Of a stretch of 64,000 nt of DNA, positions 36,685 to 46,286 are shown piece by piece; the stretch's first letter is position 1; the number at the start of each line of letters is the position of its first letter. The position numbers and the translations under genes were made by a program. The notes beneath the pieces were generated by a model, which saw only the letters and a program-made list of their open reading frames with translations, did not search any database and was not told where the DNA came from. The stretch spans positions 24,400-88,399 of IMG/VR virus record IMGVR_UViG_3300032233_001498; one strand, given 5' to 3'. Source of the DNA: a virus (lineage: Duplodnaviria; Caudoviricetes).

Positions 36685-38321
36685 TGAAAAAGTTTCGTCA
36701 ACTATCTGAACAATTGGATATGCCTTCTGCTAATGGTAGAGCAGCTGGACGTTTCTCGTCTGGTGCTTCGAAGAAAGTTATTCCAACACAAACTCAAGCA
36801 ACACCACGCAGAGAAGTTGACGAAGCCTCACCAGAAGCAGGTGAAGATATTAACAATCAACCATCACCTGCGTTAGTTCGCAAGAATGGAAAAGTTAAAA
36901 CTGCTGATGCATTACCTGATGCTGAAATGGGTGGCACTATGTCACGTTATATGCCAGAAGAACGTATGTCTGCCGCAGTTAAATTACAAAGAGCATTTCA
37001 ACGTCAGCAAGAGAAATCTGCAGCATCACGAAAAAGAGCAGAAGAACTTTTAAGACCAAAACAAGAACCAGTAAAACCAGTTAGTGAAGATTTGCGTAAG
37101 TGGTTTAGTAAGACTGATCCCGAAGGTGGTTGGAAAAGAATCAATAGTAAAGGTGAAGCAATTGGTCCTTGTGCAAGAGAACCTGGTGAACCTAAACCGA
37201 AATGTATGTCTAATGAAAAAAGAGCATCATTAAGTAAAAAAGAAAGAGCCTCGGCTGTTGCCTCTAAAAGAAAACATGACCCGAATCCTGAAAGAAAAGG
37301 TGAACCAATCAATGTTTCCAATTTTGGAAAAGGAAAGATAAGCGAAGATATGGAAAACTTAGAAGAAAAAAATGTACCAACAAGTCCTGAAAAATGGGCT
37401 CAAGCAATTGCACAAGCCAAAACCAAGTTTGATGTTTACCCTTCCGCATATGCAAATGGTTGGGCAGCAAAAAAATATAAAGCAATGGGTGGCGGATGGA
37501 AATCTGTTTCAGAAGCCAAAGAGAAAACCGAATATGATTACGAAGGTGATATGGCCCGTGGTCAATTACAAAGCGTAATCAATAATGCTCAAAGAGTCCA
37601 TGATATGTTGGAAGATAATGATAATCTTCCTGAGTGGGTTCAATCTAAAATTACTCTTGCAGAAGATTACATTTCAACAGTTGCCAACTATATGATGAGT
37701 GAGGTAGATGAGGAAGTTGAACTCCAAGAAGGTCGTCCATCACAACGTCACCCACTTGAAGGTCATGAATATCATAAGAAATCTAATGATGCGTTGATTC
37801 ACATAGCTAAAGATGCCCATGAGGCAGCTGAAGCAATGAAGTCACACAATACTACTGCTGAAAATAAGTACCGTGACCAAGCAAATGATTCAGCAACAGT
37901 AAGACATTTCCGCCAAAAGAATGGAATGCCTGACTGGTACAAGAAGAAGTATGGGCACATGAAAGAAGGAACTGTAAACGAAGTTATGGATGAACCAAAA
38001 TATAGTTTGTCAATTCAAGCTCGTCAAAAGAAGGCCGATGATGCCAACAAACCACCATTTGATGGACCATACACAAAAAGGCCTGCTGTTGTAACAGATA
38101 AATCTGGTGCGAAACATGGTCCAATGTCACGTGTAAGAGACCTTGCTCGTGATGCAATGAAAAAGGTATCTTCTGGATTACCTAAGAAGAAATTAACAGA
38201 ATCTCGTAAAACAGAGATTGTCAAACAGGCATCGAAAGATGCTAAAAAGAAGTCTAAAGTATCTGATGATAAGTTTCAATCTGAACCTACTTTAGTTAAC
38301 GATATTATTAAACCAAATTGA
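36684..38321 (+). CDS. Modular probable internal head polyprotein
   Basis: MKKFRQLSEQ; modules such as KFDVYPSAYANGW and YEGDMARGQL...LPEWVQSKIT bounded by VSE/LEE/VDE sites. Confidence 0.6.
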   Translation: MKKFRQLSEQLDMPSANGRAAGRFSSGASKKVIPTQTQATPRREVDEASPEAGEDINNQPSPALVRKNGKVKTADALPDAEMGGTMSRYMPEERMSAAVKLQRAFQRQQEKSAASRKRAEELLRPKQEPVKPVSEDLRKWFSKTDPEGGWKRINSKGEAIGPCAREPGEPKPKCMSNEKRASLSKKERASAVASKRKHDPNPERKGEPINVSNFGKGKISEDMENLEEKNVPTSPEKWAQAIAQAKTKFDVYPSAYANGWAAKKYKAMGGGWKSVSEAKEKTEYDYEGDMARGQLQSVINNAQRVHDMLEDNDNLPEWVQSKITLAEDYISTVANYMMSEVDEEVELQEGRPSQRHPLEGHEYHKKSNDALIHIAKDAHEAAEAMKSHNTTAENKYRDQANDSATVRHFRQKNGMPDWYKKKYGHMKEGTVNEVMDEPKYSLSIQARQKKADDANKPPFDGPYTKRPAVVTDKSGAKHGPMSRVRDLARDAMKKVSSGLPKKKLTESRKTEIVKQASKDAKKKSKVSDDKFQSEPTLVNDIIKPN

Positions 38322-38324
38322 TTC

Positions 38325-38335
38325 ATAAATAAATA
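38325..38335 (+). promoter_or_regulatory. Late-type promoter
   Basis: ATAAATAAATA. Confidence 0.55.
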
Positions 38336-38361
38336 GTTCAATAAATTTTAGGAGATAACAA

Positions 38362-39126
38362 ATGGCACTATGGTCAAACACAGATGGCGCTGCAGGTAAA
38401 CCAAAATACCTTTCAGACGCCGACAAAGCAAAAACATTCGGTATGGATAATACCGAAATCACAGCAGGTAGTGATAACGTAACTTCAGTTGCAGTTGCTG
38501 CTAGTGGTGCTCGTTACTTAGAAGCACCCGCAGTTACCTTCTCAGGTGGAGCAGGATCTTCTGCTGCAGCTACTGCATCTATTGCTGGTGGAGTGGTTAC
38601 AGGAATCGCTGTCACCAATGTAGGTTCTGCATACACATCAGCACCAACTGTTGCTATCGCAATCCCAAGACGCACTATTCCTACTACTGGTATTACTATT
38701 GCTACTGATACTATTGCTTACACAACGCATGGCCTAAGTGCTGGCGATGCTGTTAAGTACTTCCATGGAGGCGGCGCTGCTGCAACTGGTCTAGCAAATA
38801 ACACAACATATTATGTTATTGCTTCTGGTCTAACTGCCAATGCGTTTAAAGTTTCTGCTACTGATGGTGGATCAACTATTGATATTAGTGGTACTGGTAA
38901 TAATGCTCAATACTTTGAACTTGCTACTGATGTAGCAACTATTCAAGCAACAGCAGTTGCTGATTTAGGTTATGGTTCTTCTGGAATGAAAGCTACTCAC
39001 GCTGGATGGGTTCTCCGTACTGTTGGTACTGGTGGTCGTGCTGGTCGTGTTCAAACAGAAACATTAGTTGCCATGGGTTCTATGTCTTCTGACGCTTCTG
39101 ACGATACAGTCCTACCAGATGCATGA
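38362..39126 (+). CDS. Virion structural protein (Ala/Gly/Thr-rich beta protein)
   Basis: AGGAG RBS; MALW start; HAGWV...GR.GRVQTETLVAM C-terminus; late promoter. Confidence 0.65.
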   Translation: MALWSNTDGAAGKPKYLSDADKAKTFGMDNTEITAGSDNVTSVAVAASGARYLEAPAVTFSGGAGSSAAATASIAGGVVTGIAVTNVGSAYTSAPTVAIAIPRRTIPTTGITIATDTIAYTTHGLSAGDAVKYFHGGGAAATGLANNTTYYVIASGLTANAFKVSATDGGSTIDISGTGNNAQYFELATDVATIQATAVADLGYGSSGMKATHAGWVLRTVGTGGRAGRVQTETLVAMGSMSSDASDDTVLPDA

Positions 39127-39445
39127 TTTTAATAATTACTTGGTTGAGGAAGAAAACCTTGACCAAGTAAATGATGAACTCGGTGAAGCACTAGACAGTT
39201 ACGTTTCGTCTATCGTTGATGCTTTTCAAACCATTCGGTCAATTTTAATATCGAATGATTTGACTATGCCTGAGACATATGAATTCGACACAGAAGGTGA
39301 CGAATGTGTTTTTGAATTGAATCCAGGTATCTACCTCTATGTAATTTTTTATCATACCGATGATGGTCAATATGATGTCTTTGCCGAAGTAACGGATGAA
39401 GAAGGTCTTGCTGCGCTAATGTCGGAGGATATAACCGAAGAATAA
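39119..39445 (+). CDS. Acidic hypothetical protein
   Basis: Start reassigned to MHDFNNYLVEE. Confidence 0.6.
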   Translation: MHDFNNYLVEEENLDQVNDELGEALDSYVSSIVDAFQTIRSILISNDLTMPETYEFDTEGDECVFELNPGIYLYVIFYHTDDGQYDVFAEVTDEEGLAALMSEDITEE

Positions 39446-39448
39446 TTA

Positions 39449-39841
39449 ATGTTATTTGATGATTTGACTAATGATAATATTCTCATGTATGCTGCTAAAG
39501 CATATGATAAACCAAACTGTATTATGTCTGAGTTTAAAGAGGATATGAAACGATTTAACTATCTTAAAAGGTTGCTTCGTAGGTATAGAAAAGTAGGTGA
39601 GATTAAAGAACGATTGATATTGAATCACCTTGTGGTAATATACAACGTTTTTGGTATTGAGACCGCAACACGATTGTTGTTTTTCAGAGTTTTGAAAGAT
39701 GACTATTCGGCACTCAAAACCTATCTTACATTTTTAAACTATATGCCAGATAAGGTCAAAGGCATCAAAGGACGTGACGTTGTTTCATCGGACATTCCTA
39801 TCGATATGACTATTGCTGATATATTAAGGAAAATTAAATGA
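39449..39841 (+). CDS. Conserved T4-like hypothetical protein
   Basis: YDKPNC...EF.EDMKRF.YLKRL...ERLILNH pattern. Confidence 0.7.
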   Translation: MLFDDLTNDNILMYAAKAYDKPNCIMSEFKEDMKRFNYLKRLLRRYRKVGEIKERLILNHLVVIYNVFGIETATRLLFFRVLKDDYSALKTYLTFLNYMPDKVKGIKGRDVVSSDIPIDMTIADILRKIK

Positions 39842-40011
39842 GAGATTTAAAAGAAGATGGTGTAGTCATAGCTCCAACCAATAATGTTGGTGATGGCAAG
39901 GTCGCAGGTACTGGACAAGGACCACAGGGAGAACCTGGTGTCAAAAAGGCAAAACGTAAAGTTATGCCTTTAATGGCGTTCGTGCGTAGAAATTCACCGG
40001 TGACCAAGTAA
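39838..40011 (+). CDS. Hypothetical 57-aa protein
   Basis: Translated by hand: MRDLKEDG..APTNNVG.G.VAGTG...GEPGV. Confidence 0.55.
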   Translation: MRDLKEDGVVIAPTNNVGDGKVAGTGQGPQGEPGVKKAKRKVMPLMAFVRRNSPVTK

Positions 40012-40463
40012 TGTGGATACTAAAGTGGTTGCCTGATTGGTTATTTTACCTAATGTTCTTTGCAGGACTATTAGGTTTTGTTGCAACGTACTTGATTAGA
40101 TTCATTCCTATTCCTGCAATCTACATTTACAAAACACCAATTCAAATCGTATCGGTTATTCTTATTGCAATTGGACTGTATATGTCCGGTGCCATTTCTA
40201 ATGAGGCCGCATGGATAGCTAGAGTTCAAGAAATGGAAGTCAAAGTTGCAAAAGCTGAGGCTGAATCGGCAAAAGAAAATGTAAAGATTGTTGAAAAGGT
40301 TGTTAAACGTCTAGAAGTTGTTCGTGTTCGTGGTAACGATGTTATCCAATATGTTGACCGTGAAATCGTAAAATACGATACCAAGTTTGCACCAGGTGGT
40401 CAATGTGAGATACCGAAAGAGTTTATCAAAGCAATAAATGATGCAGCGGAGCCTCCAAAATGA
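40011..40463 (+). CDS. Probable i-spanin (Rz-like)
   Basis: N-terminal TM helices then coiled coil; EPPK end overlapping a lipoprotein gene. Confidence 0.6.
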   Translation: MWILKWLPDWLFYLMFFAGLLGFVATYLIRFIPIPAIYIYKTPIQIVSVILIAIGLYMSGAISNEAAWIARVQEMEVKVAKAEAESAKENVKIVEKVVKRLEVVRVRGNDVIQYVDREIVKYDTKFAPGGQCEIPKEFIKAINDAAEPPK

Positions 40464-40747
40464 TGAAACTTCCAACGTTAATTTTTATTTTTGTGATGGG
40501 TGCGGTCGTTTTATTGACAACAGGTTGTTCAACAACTGTACCAGTTAAAGCTAAATTTCCGGAGGCACCATCTATCACAAAGGTAAAATGTCCTCAGTTA
40601 GAAAAAGTAAAAGAAGATTCTAAGTTAAGTGATGTTGCAAAGTCTGTAACAAATAACTACACAAGTTATTATGAATGTGCCGTGAAAAATGATGCATGGA
40701 TTGAATGGTATGAAGTTCAGAAACGAATCTATGAAGGTATCAAATAA
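40460..40747 (+). CDS. Probable o-spanin lipoprotein (Rz1-like)
   Basis: Signal peptide with lipobox LTTGC; Pro-rich segment; extra Cys residues. Confidence 0.7.
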   Translation: MMKLPTLIFIFVMGAVVLLTTGCSTTVPVKAKFPEAPSITKVKCPQLEKVKEDSKLSDVAKSVTNNYTSYYECAVKNDAWIEWYEVQKRIYEGIK

Positions 40748-41370
40748 TGGAATTAACATTACAACAACTAAAACAATTACTTCCGAAAAATCCTTATGTT
40801 GAACATTGGCATTCGGCATTAGAACAACTATTGCCAGAATATGAAATTAATACACCGCAACGTATTGCGGCATTCGTAGCTCAATGTGCTCACGAATCAG
40901 GTGGTTTTATGGTTCTCAAAGAGAACTTGAATTATAAAGCAGCGACTCTCAGGAAGATTTTTCCAAAGTATTTTCCTACTGATGCAATGGCAGCGGAGTA
41001 TGCCTCTAAACCAAATAAACAAGAAGCAATTGCAAATCTAGTTTATGCAAATCGTATGGGTAATGGCGCTCCAGAAACAGGAGACGGTTACAAATATTGT
41101 GGTCGTGGACTTATTCAATTAACTGGTAAACAAAACTACACAGACTTTGCTGATTCATTGGAAATTACACCAGAAGAAGCGTCAGAGTATTTGGCAACAT
41201 TTGAAGGTGCCGCACAATCTGCTTGCTGGTTTTGGGAAAAGAACAATCTTAATCAATGGGCAGACAAAGGTGATATCCTTACATTGACTAAGAGAATCAA
41301 TGGCGGTACCATTGGACTTGAGGACCGTATTAAACATTATGAACACGCACTTCATGTTTTAGGAGTTTAA
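40747..41370 (+). CDS. GH19 chitinase-like endolysin
   Basis: AAFVAQCAHESGGF...ENLNY, YCGRGLIQLTGKQNY, INGG..GL.DR. Confidence 0.92.
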   Translation: MELTLQQLKQLLPKNPYVEHWHSALEQLLPEYEINTPQRIAAFVAQCAHESGGFMVLKENLNYKAATLRKIFPKYFPTDAMAAEYASKPNKQEAIANLVYANRMGNGAPETGDGYKYCGRGLIQLTGKQNYTDFADSLEITPEEASEYLATFEGAAQSACWFWEKNNLNQWADKGDILTLTKRINGGTIGLEDRIKHYEHALHVLGV

Positions 41371-41371
41371 T

Positions 41372-41812
41372 ATGACAGAAGAAGTTAAAAAAGACGAAGA
41401 CTGGATGCAAAAGAAATGGCGTCCAGCTATGGGTTGGATGTACATGATGATTTGTACTTTAGACATGGGTATTTTTCCTGTTCTATGGTCAATTCTACAA
41501 ACCGTTCAAGGTCAACCAATCACTCAATGGCAACCACTAACGTTACAAGGTGCAGGATTGTTCCACTTGGCAATGGGTGCCGTTTTAGGTATTGCGGCAT
41601 TCGGCCGTACACAAGAGAAACTTGCGGGGTCAGCATCAAATGCAACAACAACTCAACCAACAACACCTAGCTTTATTGCGCCAGTTGGAACATCAACACC
41701 AATTGCCTCTTTTACGCCAAGTGCAAGTGTATCCACATTTGGACCAACACCAGTCAGCGCAGGATTCGGTGGCAAAGCCGCACCTCCACCAGCATATCAA
41801 CCAGAACTCTAA
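41372..41812 (+). CDS. Holin-like membrane protein
   Basis: KWRPAMGW, two TM helices, GRTQEK; position after endolysin. Confidence 0.7.
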   Translation: MTEEVKKDEDWMQKKWRPAMGWMYMMICTLDMGIFPVLWSILQTVQGQPITQWQPLTLQGAGLFHLAMGAVLGIAAFGRTQEKLAGSASNATTTQPTTPSFIAPVGTSTPIASFTPSASVSTFGPTPVSAGFGGKAAPPPAYQPEL

Positions 41813-41821
41813 GGAATCGAC

Positions 41822-42028
41822 ATGAAGAAAACTATCATTATTGCCTCACTATTAGCTTGTTTTGCGTTACCATCCTTTGCTGGTGGTGAAATGAAAGAAG
41901 TTTGTAAAGACAAACTCGACAAGGCAGGCAAGGTTGTAAACGATAAAGAAGGTAAACCTGTTCAAGTTTGCAAGAAAATCAAAGTACATAAGAAATTAGA
42001 AGGTACACCAGTACCTGAAAAGAAGTAA
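41822..42028 (+). CDS. Small exported Lys-rich protein with two Cys
   Basis: Signal peptide ending SFA; AAGGA RBS. Confidence 0.6.
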   Translation: MKKTIIIASLLACFALPSFAGGEMKEVCKDKLDKAGKVVNDKEGKPVQVCKKIKVHKKLEGTPVPEKK

Positions 42029-42471
42029 TGTCTTTAGAAGATTCTTTTAATACAGAGTTAAAGGTCGATGTTGGCGTCCTGAAGGTTCAGGTCGTCACAT
42101 TGACTCAACTCTGCAATAAGATGGACACCGTAATAGATAGACTTATGGAGAATCAAAATAAGATGGCGGGAGATATCTATGACGATATGGACAAACGCAA
42201 GCAAGAAACTGTGAGTGATATTAAAGAATTGCATTCACGTATTACAACCGTGGATAGAAACCTGTCTGATAAAATTGAATTGACTGAACGCCGTATTATG
42301 GATGAAATCAAGTCATTACATAATACCATCTCTAAACACAATGAAAAAGAAGATTCTGAATTGAAGAAAATTCTTGAATGGAAATGGATGGCGGCAGGCG
42401 GCATCATTGTTTTAGCATGGATACTTTCCCACGTAAAACTAGACGGTTTAGGTAAACTTCTAGGTTTATAA
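42028..42471 (+). CDS. Coiled-coil protein with C-terminal TM anchor
   Basis: Heptad pattern; WKWMAAGGIIVLAWIL. Confidence 0.65.
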   Translation: MSLEDSFNTELKVDVGVLKVQVVTLTQLCNKMDTVIDRLMENQNKMAGDIYDDMDKRKQETVSDIKELHSRITTVDRNLSDKIELTERRIMDEIKSLHNTISKHNEKEDSELKKILEWKWMAAGGIIVLAWILSHVKLDGLGKLLGL

Positions 42472-42516
42472 CTTTTTGACTTGACACCGTTGCGGCGGTG
42501 TGTTATATTATGTACT

Positions 42517-43551
42517 ATGTCATTATCTCTCGATTTAAAATATACTCACCTAGTTGCTACTAGGTTTGAAAAATTCGTCCGTAAGGGCGATTACCTGTTC
42601 AATTGCCGGTGCCCTATCTGTGGTGACAGTAAGAAGAACAAGGCAAAAATGCGAGGTTTTATCTACAGAAAAGGTAACGACCTCTTTTATAAATGTCACA
42701 ACTGTGCCGCAGGACTATCCCTTGGTAATCTCATCAAACAAATTGCTCCCGATTTACACAAAGAGTACGTACTCGAAAGATACAAAACGGGTGAAGATGG
42801 TGTCGCCAACCGTTCCCATTCAGCCATATCAATACCAGTACCGAGATTCGGAAAGGTCTCGGACGTTCTACAGTATGACAACCTCGAACGATGTGATAGA
42901 TTACCAAGTGGTCATTTTTGCTTAAACTACCTAGAATCACGCAAAATTCCCAAAGAGTTTTATTCTAAACTCTACTTTACTGCCAACTATAAGGCATTCT
43001 GTGATGAGATGAATCCCAATCATGGAAAAACCATTACTGCCGATGAACGGCTTGTAATCCCTTATTTCAACGAGTATAATGTTCTTACTGCAACCTCAGG
43101 TCGTGCATTGCGTAATGCTGACTATAAATTGCGGTATGTTGTCGTTCGTGCAAACAATGACAATGAAGACAAGTTACTCTATGGCATGGATAGAATCAAC
43201 ACCAATGAAACTGTACAGTTTGTTGAAGGACAGTTCGATTCAATGTTCCTACATAATACTCTGGCTTCATGTGATTCATCATTAACATTAACTGCATCAA
43301 AAATACCAGCAATTAATAAAGTTTTGATTTTTGACAATGAACCACGAAATAAAGAAATTGTGAAGTTGATGGCGGATGCAATCAAATTAGGTCATAATGT
43401 AGTCATTTGGCCAGATAAGATTGAAGCTAAAGATATTAATGAGATGGTACAGTCTGGCCTCTCGCCTGATGAAATTCAATCTATTATAAGTAGTAACACA
43501 TTCAATGGTCTTGAGGCACAAACGAAATTTGTTTTTTGGAAGAAAGTATAA
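42517..43551 (+). CDS. gp61: DNA primase gp61
   Basis: CRCPICGDS...CHNC zinc finger; VEGQFDSMFL TOPRIM; DNEPRN; KDINEM. Confidence 0.95.
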   Translation: MSLSLDLKYTHLVATRFEKFVRKGDYLFNCRCPICGDSKKNKAKMRGFIYRKGNDLFYKCHNCAAGLSLGNLIKQIAPDLHKEYVLERYKTGEDGVANRSHSAISIPVPRFGKVSDVLQYDNLERCDRLPSGHFCLNYLESRKIPKEFYSKLYFTANYKAFCDEMNPNHGKTITADERLVIPYFNEYNVLTATSGRALRNADYKLRYVVVRANNDNEDKLLYGMDRINTNETVQFVEGQFDSMFLHNTLASCDSSLTLTASKIPAINKVLIFDNEPRNKEIVKLMADAIKLGHNVVIWPDKIEAKDINEMVQSGLSPDEIQSIISSNTFNGLEAQTKFVFWKKV

Positions 43552-43552
43552 T

Positions 43553-44233
43553 ATGAAAGTGAAGTTAATTAACTATAGCAGACCTTCTCGAGCACTAGTG
43601 GATGAAGGTTTGTATGACGTACAGGAAATGATTGCATTCTGTGCCCGTGTTTCCAACCCATCGAATCAATTCAACACAGATACATCAGAAAAACTTATTC
43701 GTTATTTGGTTAATAACAAGCATTGGTCACCACTAGAGATGGTCTCTGCCTGTATTGAAATCGAAACGACAAGGGATATTGCACGGCAAATCCTACGTCA
43801 CCGCTCATTCAGTTTCCAAGAATTTAGTCAGCGTTATGCTGACCCGGTCAAGGAACTGAATTTTATTTTACGTGAAGCACGTTTGCAAGATACGAAGAAC
43901 CGTCAAAATAGTATTGAATTGGAACCAACTCTAGGTAATCAAAACCTAGCAGAGGAATGGAAATTCCGTCAGTTGGACATTATCAAACAAGTTAAAGACA
44001 CCTATGAATGGGCTGTCAATAACGGTATCGCAAAAGAACAAGCACGTGCTGTATTACCTGAAGGTCTTACATCATCACGCCTTTATATGAATGGAACGTT
44101 ACGCTCTTGGATTCATTTCATTGAGTTGCGTAGTGCTAATGGCACACAAAAAGAACACCAATTGGTTGCTAAGGCTTGTGCAGAAGTTATTGCAGAAATC
44201 TTTCCAATGGCCAAAGAGTTCACAAATAATTAA
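43553..44233 (+). CDS. thyX: Flavin-dependent thymidylate synthase
   Basis: HWSPLE, RQILRHRSFSFQEFSQRY, ARAVLP. Confidence 0.96.
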   Translation: MKVKLINYSRPSRALVDEGLYDVQEMIAFCARVSNPSNQFNTDTSEKLIRYLVNNKHWSPLEMVSACIEIETTRDIARQILRHRSFSFQEFSQRYADPVKELNFILREARLQDTKNRQNSIELEPTLGNQNLAEEWKFRQLDIIKQVKDTYEWAVNNGIAKEQARAVLPEGLTSSRLYMNGTLRSWIHFIELRSANGTQKEHQLVAKACAEVIAEIFPMAKEFTNN

Positions 44234-44253
44234 AACAATAAATTGGAGTTAAA

Positions 44254-46041
44254 ATGAATATCATACATGATATTAAGGTAGATTATTCCCGTGATGGCCT
44301 GTTTGACGAATTAGGTATTAAACGATTAAAAGAATCGTACATGAAAGAGGACGAAGTATCACCACAGGAGAGATTTGCCTATGTATCGAAAGCTTTTGGA
44401 AGTAATAAAGAACATTCACAAAGATTATATAATTATTCTAGTAAACATTGGTTGTCTTATTCTACTCCCATTCTTTCTTTTGGGCGTTCCAGTCGTGGCC
44501 TTCCTATATCATGTTTTCTTCCTTATCTCCATGATTCAGCAGAAGGTCTTGTTGATTGTTTGGCGGAAGTAAACTGGTTGTCAATGTTGGGTGGTGGCGT
44601 AGGCATTGGCCTCGGCATTCGTTCAGCTGACGACAAATCAACTGGTGTAATGCCGCACTTGCGTACATATGATGCTAGTTCACTTGCATATCGTCAAGGT
44701 CGTACACGCCGTGGTTCTTATGCCGCATACTTGGATATTTCTCATCCAGACATCCTTATGTTCTTGGAGATGCGTAAACCAACAGGCGACCCCAATATGC
44801 GTTGTTTGAATTTACACCACGGAATTAACATTACAGATGACTTCATGCAATTAATTGAGAAGTCTATGCTTGACCCTAATGCTGATGACACATGGGAATT
44901 AAAAGACCCCGCATCAGGTATTGTACGTGATAAAGTATCTGCACGTGAGTTATGGCAATCTATACTTGATATGCGTATGCATACAGGTGAACCATACATC
45001 CACTTTATTGATACAAGCAATCGTTTGATGCCAGAGTTTCAAAAGAAACTAGGTTTGAAAATCAATCAATCTAATTTGTGTAGTGAAATTATCTTGCCTA
45101 CAAACAAAGACCGTACTGCTGTGTGTTGCCTATCTTCTGTTAACTTGGAATATTATGATGAGTGGAAAAATGATAAACTATTTCTACGGGACATTGCGGA
45201 AATGTTAGATAATGTTCTTCAGTACTTCATTGATAATGCTCCTGCTGGTGTCAATCGTGCCAAGTTTTCTGCTATGCAAGAGCGCAGTATTGGTGTGGGT
45301 GCTCTCGGTTTCCATGCTTATCTACAAAAACATGAAATTGCATTTGAAGGCGTAATGGCAAAAGTATCGAACAATAAAATGTTCAAGCACATTAGAAGTA
45401 AACTAGATGAGGCAAATTTACAATTAGGTTCAGAACGTGGTGAAGCACCTGATGCACTTGGCACAGGTAAACGATTCAGTCATATGCTTGCCATTGCGCC
45501 TAATGCTTCAAGTTCTATTATTATGGGTAACACTTCTCCTTCTATTGAACCGTATAGAGCAAATGCTTACAGACAAGACACGTTAAGTGGTTCATCATTG
45601 ACTAAGAACAAGTGGTTAGACCGTATTCTACGTACAATTGAAGCAGATGAAGGTAAGTTACAAGATATCTGGTCGTCAATCATTGCAAATGATGGTTCAG
45701 TACAACACCTTGATATTCTTAATGAGAATCAAAAAGAAGTGTTTAAGACCTCAATGGAAATTGACCAACGTTGGGTTATTGAACACGCAGCTGATAGACA
45801 AGTGTTCATTGACCAAGCACAGAGTTTGAACTTGTTCTTCCGTCCTGATACACACATTAAGTATTTACATGCATGTCACTTTTTGGCATGGAAAAAAGGT
45901 TTGAAGACTTTATATTACTGCCGTTCTGAAAAGATTGGTAAGGCAGATAAGGTATCTAAACGTATTGAGCGAGAAGTTATTAAAGAGTTGGACATGAGTG
46001 CCATTGCTCAAGGCAACGAATGTTTGGCGTGCGAAGGATAA
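44254..46041 (+). CDS. nrdA: Ribonucleotide reductase class Ia large subunit
   Basis: PISCF, SNLCSEI, AIAPNASSS, C-terminal CLACEG. Confidence 0.96.
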   Translation: MNIIHDIKVDYSRDGLFDELGIKRLKESYMKEDEVSPQERFAYVSKAFGSNKEHSQRLYNYSSKHWLSYSTPILSFGRSSRGLPISCFLPYLHDSAEGLVDCLAEVNWLSMLGGGVGIGLGIRSADDKSTGVMPHLRTYDASSLAYRQGRTRRGSYAAYLDISHPDILMFLEMRKPTGDPNMRCLNLHHGINITDDFMQLIEKSMLDPNADDTWELKDPASGIVRDKVSARELWQSILDMRMHTGEPYIHFIDTSNRLMPEFQKKLGLKINQSNLCSEIILPTNKDRTAVCCLSSVNLEYYDEWKNDKLFLRDIAEMLDNVLQYFIDNAPAGVNRAKFSAMQERSIGVGALGFHAYLQKHEIAFEGVMAKVSNNKMFKHIRSKLDEANLQLGSERGEAPDALGTGKRFSHMLAIAPNASSSIIMGNTSPSIEPYRANAYRQDTLSGSSLTKNKWLDRILRTIEADEGKLQDIWSSIIANDGSVQHLDILNENQKEVFKTSMEIDQRWVIEHAADRQVFIDQAQSLNLFFRPDTHIKYLHACHFLAWKKGLKTLYYCRSEKIGKADKVSKRIEREVIKELDMSAIAQGNECLACEG

Positions 46042-46043
46042 TT

Positions 46044-46286
46044 ATGAAAAAGATTTTAAGATTTACAGCATCATGGTGCCAACCATGTAAAGCATTGGCA
46101 AAGAACTTAGAAATTGCAAATATTAATTTACCAATTGAAGTAATTGATATCGATGTACATGACACCTTGGCAATTGAATATGGTATTCGTGGTGTGCCAA
46201 CTTTAGTAATGATGGATGAAAACATCGAAGTCAAACGAATCGTTGGTTCAAAAACAGTTAACGAACTACAAGAATGGGTCAGATGA
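46044..46286 (+). CDS. Thioredoxin
   Basis: WCQPC; IRGVPT. Confidence 0.9.
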   Translation: MKKILRFTASWCQPCKALAKNLEIANINLPIEVIDIDVHDTLAIEYGIRGVPTLVMMDENIEVKRIVGSKTVNELQEWVR

